A stretch of 62,831 nt of DNA, filler included, from Fonticula-like sp. SCN 57-25 (taxonomy: Eukaryota): NCBI GenBank assembly GCA_001724245.1. It is 8 parts of 8 records of this genome, joined end to end, with 100 filler letters (N's around TTAATTAATTAA, not from the genome) between each part and the next. Parts side by side here need not be neighbours in the genome. Positions count along the whole stretch, not along the records: positions 47,237 to 54,988 come from MEDX01000340.1; positions 55,089 to 62,831 come from MEDX01000342.1; 6 more parts are not named here. One strand, written 5' to 3'. The position numbers and the translations under genes were made by a program. The notes under the pieces are model-generated. The model made no database searches. It had not been told where the DNA came from and saw only the letters and a list, made by a program, of their open reading frames with translations. Each line of letters starts with the position of its first letter. Positions within the stretch are counted from its first letter, which is position 1. This document shows, in pieces, positions 53,801 to 62,831 of this stretch.

Positions 53801-54383
53801 CTATGGCACGCTCGAGTTTTCGCCAAATGGGTCCGAGACGGTCCTCGAGGCCGACATGATCTGCTCATACGCGATGAACATTGTGCGCTACAACTTTGGG
53901 CACTACTCGCCACGCTCCATGCGCGCCTTTGTAAACTCGTTCCGCGAGGTGTGCCCGCTGCGGTGGCTGACGCCGCTCGACCCCGTCTCGATGGCCGTCG
54001 CCGTCGAGGGCAGCCCCAACATCGACGTCGAGGACTGGCACAAGTACAGCAAGCACGAGGCCATGGGGGGAGTCGAGAACGCGACCGTCAAGCTGTTCTG
54101 GGAGATTGTGCGCGACATGGACGACGACGAGCGCGCCCAGCTGCTCTGCTTTGTCACGGCGCAGTCCAGGCTGCCGCCGGGCGGCTTTTCAAACCTGGTC
54201 AAGCCGTTCTGCGTGCACGTGCGCCGCGACTTTAAGGTGACGCCGGACACGGAGCCGCGCGCGCCGCTGCCGATCGCGCACTCGTGCTACAACCAGCTCG
54301 AGATCGCAGCATTTGAAAGCAAGTCAATCTTTGCAAGCAAGCTCAAGGAGGCAATCCACGTCACCGACTATTACCTCAAGTAG
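50802..54383 (+). CDS. HECT E3 ubiquitin ligase, single long ORF
   Basis: GIDQGGLRRTW, LGRVIGLSI, IDVEDW, VKLFWEIV, LLCFVTAQSRLPPGGF, LPIAHSCYNQL (catalytic Cys). Confidence 0.93.
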   Translation: MAQAPDSSVYFSSFEQQQTREFRSHFASQISSNSTSPEAIKLLVDQFSYLLVREDSYAHVLADSVSPACWHTTFSSFYEYNSQLDPNSTPPLPSRPPPSIRKPSRLQRLFNPSLSASSSSSSLSSSSSSSVVSSPSLPVGCKINADFCLSRTPLFGLQYYTGMLSKMSLRLSDLNCDMYEALAKNHASRPFATHLMLHLVAIPLPLLQQAEIGSAHSATVGEGTKGAANLRLLFSHLCSVLVNFLGRVSVDREAGHAPDAVESSLDGASSLIVESIRRLSELLSSGAPLAPALRVNATHLAAVLLSTLAALPARKNAASKAPNLDRSVLDLVLTASGDAPCIAHLQATKVSSHHVVPLLVSPFRTGVMLGFLLLARCPPTEELRSLDLLRRHAERGINHLGAGAKERAQFGVAIINVAVPCVQHTDANAVAGAVLDAIDLVRDKFPALAAALRDCPPAVHADAVAEYLLEAPRPAADTRESEEAENQARQIEEAFAALELQKAAARRDLADDVAEPTFVLKLHPRTDLMFEEEMSAYLVVRRQFANAQLDLGERAVLEAQCIDAAMNGLMTITYGWYVALLSTEQQSVPHSFHALLARLLPSLLVSLFSEFSKFEQEVLHDAIRPQLSDLVAAIGCRDGEWTTNSFLECMSELWGCAKQSLMNAARAPGTLYNLVDALVALSVNEEGQGILLGFALSIEEEESMEVIRRIQASTPVVVKKQPDESVEREYDEFFKSYQYYPVHCVPPAPPAPAEPVPEGTTQLQHFLSGYRRDHPRIDNPLPMIITPTNLVESSMQSVGALSAERLRISTLRVTFVSAEGEEQAGIDQGGLRRTWIGTLAPQMAQTGTMLGLLSSTEEGQLFIHPLADLMPEAEAYFTLLGRVIGLSITNANDAMLFPVGLAAPMYSLLLGRPLRTADHDLLQENFLRGMKQTISSMVSSGVSAEDLALYDSHAVDLGEDKRAQLSALKGRFGSGAAPESEDIVDKNDEWLARNIKIEGNYGTLEFSPNGSETVLEADMICSYAMNIVRYNFGHYSPRSMRAFVNSFREVCPLRWLTPLDPVSMAVAVEGSPNIDVEDWHKYSKHEAMGGVENATVKLFWEIVRDMDDDERAQLLCFVTAQSRLPPGGFSNLVKPFCVHVRRDFKVTPDTEPRAPLPIAHSCYNQLEIAAFESKSIFASKLKEAIHVTDYYLK

Positions 54384-55088
54384 TTTCATATTGTGTTCTT
54401 GATTCGTATTATATTCAAAGCATTGTAGTATATCATGGGCGCTCGTGCGGGGGCGAATGTACATATTTTTGGTCTATTCACGCGCGACATTACCCAAAGG
54501 AGCACCTACTGTACTTTATAAAGCAGGCGTCATTTCGGCCCATGTACAATTATAGAACGCCGAGGCGCCAAACGGGAAACGGTGAAATTAGCGGCGAATA
54601 CTCTTGCACCTACGATGATGCTATTCCTGTCAGGCAATCGCCCGCCCATATTGGCCATCATGCCTGCCTCGATTTCCTGGTGATCAAAAGGTGACCAAAA
54701 CAAATCAACAAAACACGTTTGCGTAGCAACTTACGCGTGTGCAGCGCAGCCAATCACAGGCGTCGGACGGTCCTTGGGGGGGTACCGTCTCGGTCCCGCG
54801 AGAGGATGGTACCACCCCCTTTGACCAATCACGTCGCGCGATCAACCTAAATTCCTCGGTTTTCGGTACGTGGGCGGCGTGCGCAGCAGAGAGGTGAGCG
54901 GCTAGAGCGACCAGCCGCGAAAACAACAACTTGCGCGTAGCTTGCTTCGCAGGAAGGGGGGTGTACAGAGAGCTGCGCTCCGCCTCTCNNNNNNNNNNNN
55001 NNNNNNNNNNNNNNNNNNNNNNNNNNNNNNNNTTAATTAATTAANNNNNNNNNNNNNNNNNNNNNNNNNNNNNNNNNNNNNNNNNNNN

Positions 55089-55186
55089 CGATCCGGATTA
55101 TCTTCTCCCCGGCACACCGTATATTCGCCATAACGTATGGAATTTGGCCGGCCCTAATTGTATACGTTTATCCGGGGTTGACTGTA
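55089..55186 (-). mobile_element. Probable terminal inverted repeat of a pogo/Tc1-mariner-like element, cut by the contig start
   Basis: Reverse strand reads TA-CAGTCAACCCCGGATAAACG, resembling pogo/Tigger ends with a TA target site. The partner end is not in the window. Confidence 0.4.
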
Positions 55187-55725
55187 TTGTCGATTTAGCG
55201 TTGTGGCGTTTTGTGGGGTCAGTTAAGATAAAATTTAGATAATAATGGCTGATATAGGTAGCCACATGCGTATTTTGTTACTGTGCTTAAAGGCGTTTGC
55301 GTTTGCTATAAGAAAAATTTTAAGCATATAACCTAAAGACGTGTGATCCTATCTGGGATATATGAACAGTAGTAGGTACTTTGCTTTTAAAGACTATTTG
55401 CAAATGGGCAGCGGCGCGAAAGGAAGCGGCTGAAAGATGGAAAAGAACAAAATGATACTCCTTAGTATTTCTCAAGCGAGCATGCTAAAATCGGCTAGAA
55501 AGGCATGTGAATGTCCATGTAGATATATGTCAAAATGTCAACATGTCATTGCAGATCCTCTTGCAGTACATTTTTAATGATAAAAATCTTTAGTAGGTAT
55601 ATATGTACTGCCTTACAGACATTATGCTCATAAGGCGGACGCTCTACATAACTGTTGTCGCTACACTGTCAAGCAGATGATGCTACATTGAGGTCGCCAA
55701 TGCATATGTTGACCCCGCGACGATC

Positions 55726-57138
55726 ATGGTAGCCGCCAAAGTGGTTCCGCTTGTAAAGTACAGTTCCATGGCTTCATTGCCCTGTTATATATTGTCTAAA
55801 GTCTGCACTTTCAAGGCTGGTTGGCCGTCTGCTCCCTTTCCCGCCCTCACAGATTCAACGGGGGGATCGCGTAAATCTACCTTGGAATGCCACGAGGGGT
55901 TAAAAAACAAGCTACCTATTAAGGATGACTTTGCACTGACTTTGCAGGTCATCGCTTCAAAAGTTTGCAGCAGGGTTGACGCCGCCGCCGCTGTTTTGCA
56001 GCGGGATTGGCCCAGCGGTGTTCTTCAGGTAATGATCGTAGCTGCACTACAACCGTTATTTGTTTGGTTCAGAAGCTTGCTGATGGGCGGAGAGGGGGTG
56101 AGGGCATCAGTTATTGTTGCCATCGCCATGGTTGTCTTGTCCTACTTGGTGCTCCAGATGGTGTCGGCCGGAGTCGCACAGGTGTACTCTGACAGTCTGA
56201 CCTTGTTTGGCGTCCCCGGTGCTGTTCTCTCAGCCATCCGCCAAGGCGCGGGTGCATCATTCTCGTGGGTTGGCTCGTCCGTCGCGCAGGCGACCGAATC
56301 TGCAGCGACTGGCTCGCTGGAGGCGGGGCGTGCGTTTGGCAAGGCGGTTATCAACGGCGTCGCCGTTGATCGGCTCCCCGATGTGGAGGGAGGCGATGTG
56401 GCAATTTCGCATTCCATAGTGGAGGCTGCAAGCGAGGGGGCGTATCTCAAAGTTGTGGACAGAATGGAATCGCAATGGCGAAAGATTTCGCCAATCTACG
56501 ATACGATGCGCGGCCTCGAGCTTTCCAACAAGCTTTCCAACGGGTTCGTCACCCAGCCCATGGAGAGCGTCGGCACAAAGATCGGTTTGGTCAAAAGTAG
56601 TTGGAGCGAGTGCAATTTAGACGCATCGAGCACCTTTGCCGACCTCGTAATTTTGTTTTCGACTCTTGCGGGAGACCTGACCGAGAAGCGCTATATTACT
56701 GTGGTCGAATTAATGTCGGATTCTTTGGGCGATCTGCATCAAATGTGCGGAAAGTCACTTATTCGGAGCAAGGAATTGGAAACCTCTGTGAGCGCCCTTC
56801 GAGAGTCGTTGTCAACAGCAAAAACTCAACTGACCGAAGCGGGCGAGCTTAAACGGGGCTACATCTATCAGAATTCGGATGCGGTCGCGATTAAAGACCT
56901 GCAGCAGTCGATTAGAGAGATTGACGATGGCGCTCGTTCGATTGTGGGTGAAGTGGACCGTGTTCTGCACAAAATCAGCCATTTCAAGCGCAAGGTTCAG
57001 GCTAGCAGTCGCGACCTCGACATTTCCTTCAAAATGTTGGCAAACCTCATTGGCGGTGTCTGCGCAAACTTTGAGTCGCATCCCAACACGGACGTCGGCC
57101 GGGCGTGTTCCAAGCACTTTGTTTCCAAATCTTCATAG
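55726..57138 (+). CDS. Orphan membrane-anchored coiled-coil protein A (true start may be about 56083)
   Basis: Long ORF with hydrophobic VIVAIAMVVLSYLVL, heptad-rich helical body and clear paralogy to 59106-59960. Confidence 0.75.
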   Translation: MVAAKVVPLVKYSSMASLPCYILSKVCTFKAGWPSAPFPALTDSTGGSRKSTLECHEGLKNKLPIKDDFALTLQVIASKVCSRVDAAAAVLQRDWPSGVLQVMIVAALQPLFVWFRSLLMGGEGVRASVIVAIAMVVLSYLVLQMVSAGVAQVYSDSLTLFGVPGAVLSAIRQGAGASFSWVGSSVAQATESAATGSLEAGRAFGKAVINGVAVDRLPDVEGGDVAISHSIVEAASEGAYLKVVDRMESQWRKISPIYDTMRGLELSNKLSNGFVTQPMESVGTKIGLVKSSWSECNLDASSTFADLVILFSTLAGDLTEKRYITVVELMSDSLGDLHQMCGKSLIRSKELETSVSALRESLSTAKTQLTEAGELKRGYIYQNSDAVAIKDLQQSIREIDDGARSIVGEVDRVLHKISHFKRKVQASSRDLDISFKMLANLIGGVCANFESHPNTDVGRACSKHFVSKSS

Positions 57139-57289
57139 GCATATCAGGTTATCGTGATGTGCGTTGTATTTTCTTGTCAACAACAATATATTTTATTCGA
57201 CCAGTCTTTCAAGCCAAATTATGGCATGTGTTTATCGAGTATAATACAATACACAATTACCAAAGTGCAGCAGAGAATGATACAGCCAA

Positions 57290-58649
57290 TCAAAGGTCGT
57301 TGCCAGTGCTCGCATCCTCTTGCTTGGCCTTGGCGACGAGCGTGTCCAATGAAGCATAGATTTTCTCGATGGTTTGCGTCATCTGCTCCAGATCCGCAGG
57401 CAGCACAATCATCTCTTTGAACAGTCGTTCAGAGTTGACCCGCTGAAAGTTGGACATGTTCGGGTACCGCGCAGGGCTAAAGTGGTTGCCAACAGTGGTC
57501 ATTGTGCGGGAGATCTCGCTAAAGTTGGCCTTTGCGGCGGCCATTGCGACCCTGAGACCCATGCGCAAACCACCTTCCTCCTTCAATTTGGTCTCACAGT
57601 ACGTCACTAAACGAAACAATAAGCAACATAACTCTAGAAATGCGTATGCTGCTTGCGTACCATACTGTTGGTGACGAATACAATCGGCGAGGTTCTCCAC
57701 AGTCGCAGCATATGTCGAAGCAACATCGGTGGTAGTGACGATGGTTGCCCCGAGACTCTTGACCAAGGCAGCCTCTTGCTTCTTGTTTGGCGAAATGGAG
57801 TATTCCTCGACGACGTTCGAAAGGCTATCGAGGTAGTCTTTCGAACGGAGCTTGATCACCTGGTCGGTAAGAGCATCCCTGAACGACATGACTTGGCCGT
57901 ACGCGATGGCATCGCGGTTGCGGGTAACGGAAGGGTAAGTTGCGTGTTTCGGGCCGGCGGGGCCGCGGGCATTGCCCATAAGGGAGCCCGCGCCAAGCAC
58001 AAGTAGGACGAGGAGGATCAACACTATTTCGCGCCAATACGAGTTGGTGGACAAAGACTGCCGCGCTTTCTGCAGGCGAGTAGTCGGCGGCACGCCCTGC
58101 ACGTCTGTGTCCGGCACGCCGGCCTTGTCAGTATCCCACACAAAGAAGGGCGTCTCCCGAGTCGCGGGCACTCCCGCCTTCTTCAAAATGTCCTCGCACA
58201 AAGCTGTGATGCTGCGTAACATATCCGTGAGGCTCAACTGGCCTTGAGGGTCACCGTGCGCCCTTGTCGGCGAGCCTAAAGATTGGCCGGGCGCGTATTG
58301 ATCGACCTGTTGCAACGCACCGTCGAGTTTCTTAAAGATAGCTGCAACATCTAGAAGTGTAAAGTGAGAACACCACATACCGTGATAGCCGCATAATAAA
58401 CATACCAGCCTTTTTAATTGGCAGCATCTTCTTCGCCTCATCCGTAAACGTGGTAACCATCGAGATTACCACAAGACGCTTGGTGTTGAACGCAGCCACA
58501 TCAGAATCGCTGGCCGCGGCCAAGTCTCCTATGGCCGTATCAACATAGCGAGCGAGCAGTCCAATATCGATCTGTTGGACGTGGCCCGAAGCCACCCTGG
58601 GCAGTTCCTGCGAGGCAGTTGAGGCTCTTGCTCTCCGCGTCGTCGCCAT
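57290..58649 (-). CDS. Orphan single-pass membrane helical protein C, probably 3 exons
   Basis: MATTRRARAS exon, GT-AG intron about 58352-58405, TM EIVLILLVLLVLGAG, helical C-terminal region. Confidence 0.65.
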
Positions 58650-59105
58650 TGCTGCCTGCTGCAAGACTGCTGCAAAGTCGAGGAAACAGGGGAAGATCGA
58701 AGAAAAAAAGAGATCTGTAGTGAGGAGACTCGAACGCGCGCCGATCAGATTGGCTGCTATAGAACAAGGTGTCAATGACTGTCAAAATGACTCCAGTATT
58801 GGTGGTGCAATATGGTGTACGTTGCACGAAGAAATACAGCGCGCGCTCTGTCAATAAAAGTGGCATAAATAGTAGTGATACCTATGCCCTATATGGAACT
58901 TTTTGAAATGCTGAAAGTGGGCGCCTATGTTGCGTCCCATTTTCTCCATGTTGTCAGGTCTTTTCCTTCATATGCCAAGGTGCATTACTCGTTATTATAG
59001 TACAAAGTCATTCAATATATGTGAGCAAAGATAGTAGAAGAGCCAGCCGCTTGGTCGCCTGTGATTTCCACAAGTACAACCTGTATCAAGGCGCCTTGTC
59101 TAGAA

Positions 59106-59960
59106 TCACGACTGGAAGCGTTTGGAACACGCCCGGCCGATATCTGTGTCGGGATGCAACTCGTAGCCGCTGCAGATATTGGCAACGAGGTTTTCCAACA
59201 TACCAAACGATATCTCGAGATCACGGTTGCTGGCCTGAACAGCGCGTTTGCATTTCTCGATTTTATGCAAAACACGGTCCAACTCGTGCACGATCGATCG
59301 AGCACCATCGTCAAGCTCTCTGACCGATTGCTGAAGGTCATTAATCGCCTTGCTGGCCGACGTCTGACGACCCCAGCTCTTTGTAAGCTCGCCCGCATCG
59401 GCAAGACGTTGTTTCGCTATCGACGAATGCTCTCGCAGATCCTTCACAGACGCTTCCAATTCCTTGCTCCGCGTAAAGGTGGTTTGGCAAAAGTCCTGCA
59501 GGTCACTCAAGGACTCTGTTATTCTTGCCTCTAGATAATGCAGGTTGGTAGCCATCAGCTCGAGGTTTGAAAAAGAAGTGACGATCTCTGCTAAATTGCG
59601 CGAAGCTACTTCGTGGCACTCGATCCAAAAGACGGCGACCAAACCGATCCTTGTGCGAACGCGGTCTATAGGCACGGTAACGAGCCCATCTTCAAGCTTG
59701 TTGGCAAGCTCAAGCTCACGCATATGACCATAGATCGAAGAGATTCGCCGCCAGGGAGCCACCATGCTGTCCCCGATCTCAACAAGTGCGCCGTTCGGTG
59801 CAAAGGGAAAATTGGAAGGCATGCCTGCGCTAACCAAACCATACGTTGTGTCAGGCGCCAATTGTACTGTTCCGGGTGACGCGTCCAAGCCTACATTATG
59901 GCCAACAAGGCCCACAGCGACGATGACAGCAGTAACGACCCCCAGCAACACCCCGCACAT
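59106..59960 (-). CDS. Orphan membrane-anchored coiled-coil protein B, paralog of A
   Basis: N-terminal hydrophobic VLLGVVTAVIVAVGLVG. Shares LELxNKL, IGLV, RSKELE, DLQQSxRExDDGARSIV and HPxTDxGRACSK with A. Confidence 0.75.
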   Translation of the reverse strand: MCGVLLGVVTAVIVAVGLVGHNVGLDASPGTVQLAPDTTYGLVSAGMPSNFPFAPNGALVEIGDSMVAPWRRISSIYGHMRELELANKLEDGLVTVPIDRVRTRIGLVAVFWIECHEVASRNLAEIVTSFSNLELMATNLHYLEARITESLSDLQDFCQTTFTRSKELEASVKDLREHSSIAKQRLADAGELTKSWGRQTSASKAINDLQQSVRELDDGARSIVHELDRVLHKIEKCKRAVQASNRDLEISFGMLENLVANICSGYELHPDTDIGRACSKRFQS

Positions 59961-60258
59961 CGTCCAGGTCGATCTTGCTGACACCCCGTTTGAGGAATCG
60001 GTCCCTGTGATTGGCTGAGCGTCACGCAAACATCGGTTCGATAAAAGTTAGCCTTTCAATGTTTCTGGGGCACACTGTACGGGGTGTGTTCAATGTAGTG
60101 CAAAGGTATTAAGCGACGCGCTACTATCACAGTGATTCGCGGGGTGTTTAATTGGCACTCAAAGTCCAGCTAACGGTCTTAATTCAGATATCAATTCGTA
60201 TATTAGGCAAGAACATGGGTACGGCTAAATGGCCAGGACTGAATATTAACAGCCTGGC

Positions 60259-60542
60259 CATGGCGGGGTGCTGAACATTGACAGCTTGGCAAAGTCCAAC
60301 CGGTTCGGCATGCCCTTTGTGACGATTACCGCCGTCAGGGAGCCGGGGCGGCCTTGTTGAGCGATGAACGAGGCCCAAGCTACACGTGGGTCTTCGACCA
60401 AATTGCCGCGTTGGTGAAGGGGTGGAGCTGGCAGGGGGTGGTCGTGGTCACCGACGCAGACGCGAGCATGGCGCTTGCCCTGCAAAACCGCGGTTGCTCT
60501 GCCGCGTCCACCTCCAACGAGACCTGGCACTTGCCTGCCTGA
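60259..60542 (+). mobile_element. Mutator/MULE (FAR1-like) transposase relic, frameshifted
   Basis: GGVLNIDSLAKSNRFGMPFVTITAV, frameshift, then AALLSDERGPSYTWVFDQI...VVVTDADASMALAL. Matches the MULE pattern D-x-T-Y-x-T-N-x-Y-x-M-P...ALLxDE..S.xW.F...TD.D.AM. Confidence 0.78.
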
Positions 60543-60998
60543 TGCTTGGCGGGAATCATCGGTTAGCGCAGACTAGGACGATGGCCTCAACCTCGGCGTC
60601 TGTATAGCGTCTTGTTCGTCATTCCTGCCCCTGGCATTACTGCGCGCGATTGTGTGTCATCATGAGGTGACCCGCATGGACGGGGCCGTGCGGGTCGCGC
60701 TCGGCGGCTCGGTATGCTTGGACGCATGCCAATTGCGGCCCAGATTCCACAACAATCACCAAATCCGGTATCAAATTTGATCCACATCGTCCAAAAATGG
60801 TAATTATGTCCATAACAGGAAACTGTTTATTATTAAGAAGCCACAGAAAAAAACGGTCCGCGTGTGTGTGTCTTTGTGTGTGTCACTGCGTGTGATCGGG
60901 ATCTGGTTTACGTGTTTCTTTCTGGTCACCTCGCACAGTTTCTTTATCGACGAGCACCCGCGTACCGGTTGTACTCGCGCCGTCGTCGGACCCCTAAT

Positions 60999-61867
60999 AT
61001 GAGTTTCCTCGGCTTGTACGCTCGCTCCCTCCATGTAGCATGTGTGGCCTGACGCTGCGTGCCTTTGCCTCCCGCCCACCCAGCAACAAGAACAAGACGT
61101 TCAAGCCGCACAAGAACATTAGCGAGAACAACTCGCGGCAGTACCAGCTGAAAAAGTATGCAGAGGCGACGCTCGGGTCGGGTAACCTGCGGCTCGCGGT
61201 GAGGCTGCCGGAGGGCGAGGACATTAATGAGTGGCTCGCGGTCAACAGTGCGCGCACCCCGGATGACGTGGCGCATGGCACTAACCCATGCGCTCCCCGC
61301 GCTTTCCTCGTTATTAGCGGTCGATTTCTTTAACCAGATCAACATGTTGTACGGCACGATCACAGAGTTTTGCACACCCCAAGAGTGCAAAGTCATGTCT
61401 GCCGGTGCAAAGTACGTCCCGCGATCCCGCCGTGATCGGCGCATTCCTTTTGGTTTCCGCGCCTGCTAACACGCTGCCGCGCTAGGTACGAGTACCTGTG
61501 GGCGGACGGTGTTCAATTCAAGAAGCCTGTCAAGGTCCCCGCGCCAGAGTACATTGACTACTTGATGACGTGGATCCAGGGCCAGCTTGATGATGAGTCC
61601 ATCTTCCCGTCCAAGATTGGCGTTCCTTTCCCGAAGAACTTTCAGCAAATAGTAAAAAACATGTTCAAGCGCCTCTTCCGCGTCTACGCGCACATTTACC
61701 ACGCGCATTTCCAAAAGATCATGTCGTTAGGCGAGGAGGCGCATCTGAACACGTCGTTCAAGCACTTTATCTTTTTCGTGCAAGAGTTCAAGCTGATCGA
61801 GACCAAGGAGTTGGGGCCGCTCGCTGAGCTCATTCAGTCATTGACGTCTGACAAGACGCCCAAGTAG
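60999..61867 (+). CDS. MOB1: MOB1 kinase activator, 4 exons
   Basis: [77 protein letters not shown]. Confidence 0.97.
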
Positions 61868-62231
61868 AGCAAGGAAGGAGGGAAGGAAGGAAGAAGCGCG
61901 GGCGTCGCTGTAGAGGCGTGAACCGGTGGGTGGCGGCTCGTTTATTGCGTGTGTTTTTCAACCCCTTTCACCTTATGCGCCCTGTAAGAACCTTTTAATT
62001 TGTTCCGCTCGTTCGCCCTAGCTGCTGCCCTTGCCAGAATTCCTTGAATTTGCCCAGTCTTCTTTCTTCTTTTTTGTTTCGTGGTGCTTTTGATAATGTA
62101 TTTGCTTACAATGGCTATTATGAGATATCGAAATAAATCTAACGCTGTTTATTCCTCAATATTATCACTCTCAATGACAATGATGTTGTACACATATTCT
62201 GTACTAGAACTACCGCAAAAGCACCTTTTTT

Positions 62232-62831
62232 TCACTTGCGGCTCCGCAGCAGCCGCGGCGGCTCAGCCGGCGCCTTTCCCTTTGTAACTTGCTTGGAAAT
62301 CGGTGCATTCTTGGGTGGCCGACCGCGCCTCTTTAGCGCCGGCACAACAACCTCCTCATGCTCATCATCTTCTTCCTCTTCCTCTTCATGGTCATCATCA
62401 TCTTCTACGTCATCATCATCTTCTACTTCTTCTTCATCTTCTACTTCGTCGTCTTGAAAGGCAAAGACATTTTTCGCGGCGGCGCCGATGAGCTCGATGG
62501 CTGCCCTCATGCGCGCCGCCTGCCTTGCCTCTTCCCTTGAAAAACGCTCACCGCCACTCGCCGCGCTCGCCGAAACAGCGCTCGCCGCCTTGTCAAATGT
62601 GCTTGTGATGGCGGGAAAGTGGCGGCGCGCGAACCGCACGCGCGGCAAAAACATCTTTTCGAGGTCGTCCAGGAGCGCGTCGAGCGTCGCGTAGCGCTGT
62701 TTTGTGACGCGCCAGCGTAAAAGTGGAAGCGAAAGTGACGAAGATTGTGTCGCGGTCGGCGCGGGGCCGCCGTCGGGAGGCGTCAAAAAGATGGCGTCCC
62801 AGTCGAGGCGCTCCACCGCCGTCATCATCGC
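62232..62831 (-). CDS. 3' end of a chromatin protein: degenerate bromodomain-like segment, acidic tract, AT-hook
   Basis: DAIFLTPP...LSLPLLRWRVTKQRYATLDALLDDLEKMF, D/E tract, KRRGRPPK. Confidence 0.5.
   Translation of the reverse strand, partial: AMMTAVERLDWDAIFLTPPDGGPAPTATQSSSLSLPLLRWRVTKQRYATLDALLDDLEKMFLPRVRFARRHFPAITSTFDKAASAVSASAASGGERFSREEARQAARMRAAIELIGAAAKNVFAFQDDEVEDEEEVEDDDDVEDDDDHEEEEEEDDEHEEVVVPALKRRGRPPKNAPISKQVTKGKAPAEPPRLLRSRK

Overview
Eukaryotic nuclear DNA from a compact, intron-rich unicellular eukaryote, probably opisthokont or a close relative (inferred from gene content and fungal-style GTACG/GTGCG donors with CTGAC/CTAAC branch points). The window is not one locus. 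It is eight unrelated contigs of 7787, 7780, 7780, 7772, 7762, 7755, 7752 and 7743 bp, sorted by length and joined by 100-nt N44-TTAATTAATTAA-N44 linkers, so adjacency across linkers means nothing. Recognisable genes: SEC14-GOLD, M28 aminopeptidase, iPGM, a 54-aa Cys-rich microprotein, complexin, PP28/PDAP1-like, M14 carboxypeptidase, a PEHE-domain protein, ABCC transporter, WD40-SAM-SAM, MRE11, TRAPPC10, a PSTALRE CDK, VIPAS39-like, an SREBP-like bHLH, RPL23A with an intronic snR56/SNORD25-like snoRNA, tRNA-Met, eIF3e, VPS35, WDR59, RPL18, RPB7, DeSI-thioredoxin, a HECT E3, MOB1 and a degenerate bromodomain protein. Highlights: (1) a membrane-tethered SREBP-type factor with an Ino2/Mlx-like, Arg-type bHLH; (2) a prenylatable complexin and an NPF-rich VIPAS39 in a microbial eukaryote; (3) a recurring purine-to-pyrimidine polarity across long repeat-filled introns that extends into exon codon choice; (4) a transposon-flanked cluster of orphan membrane-anchored coiled-coil paralogs. 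All homology calls are from motif recognition by eye and no database search was run. Exon coordinates are manual.
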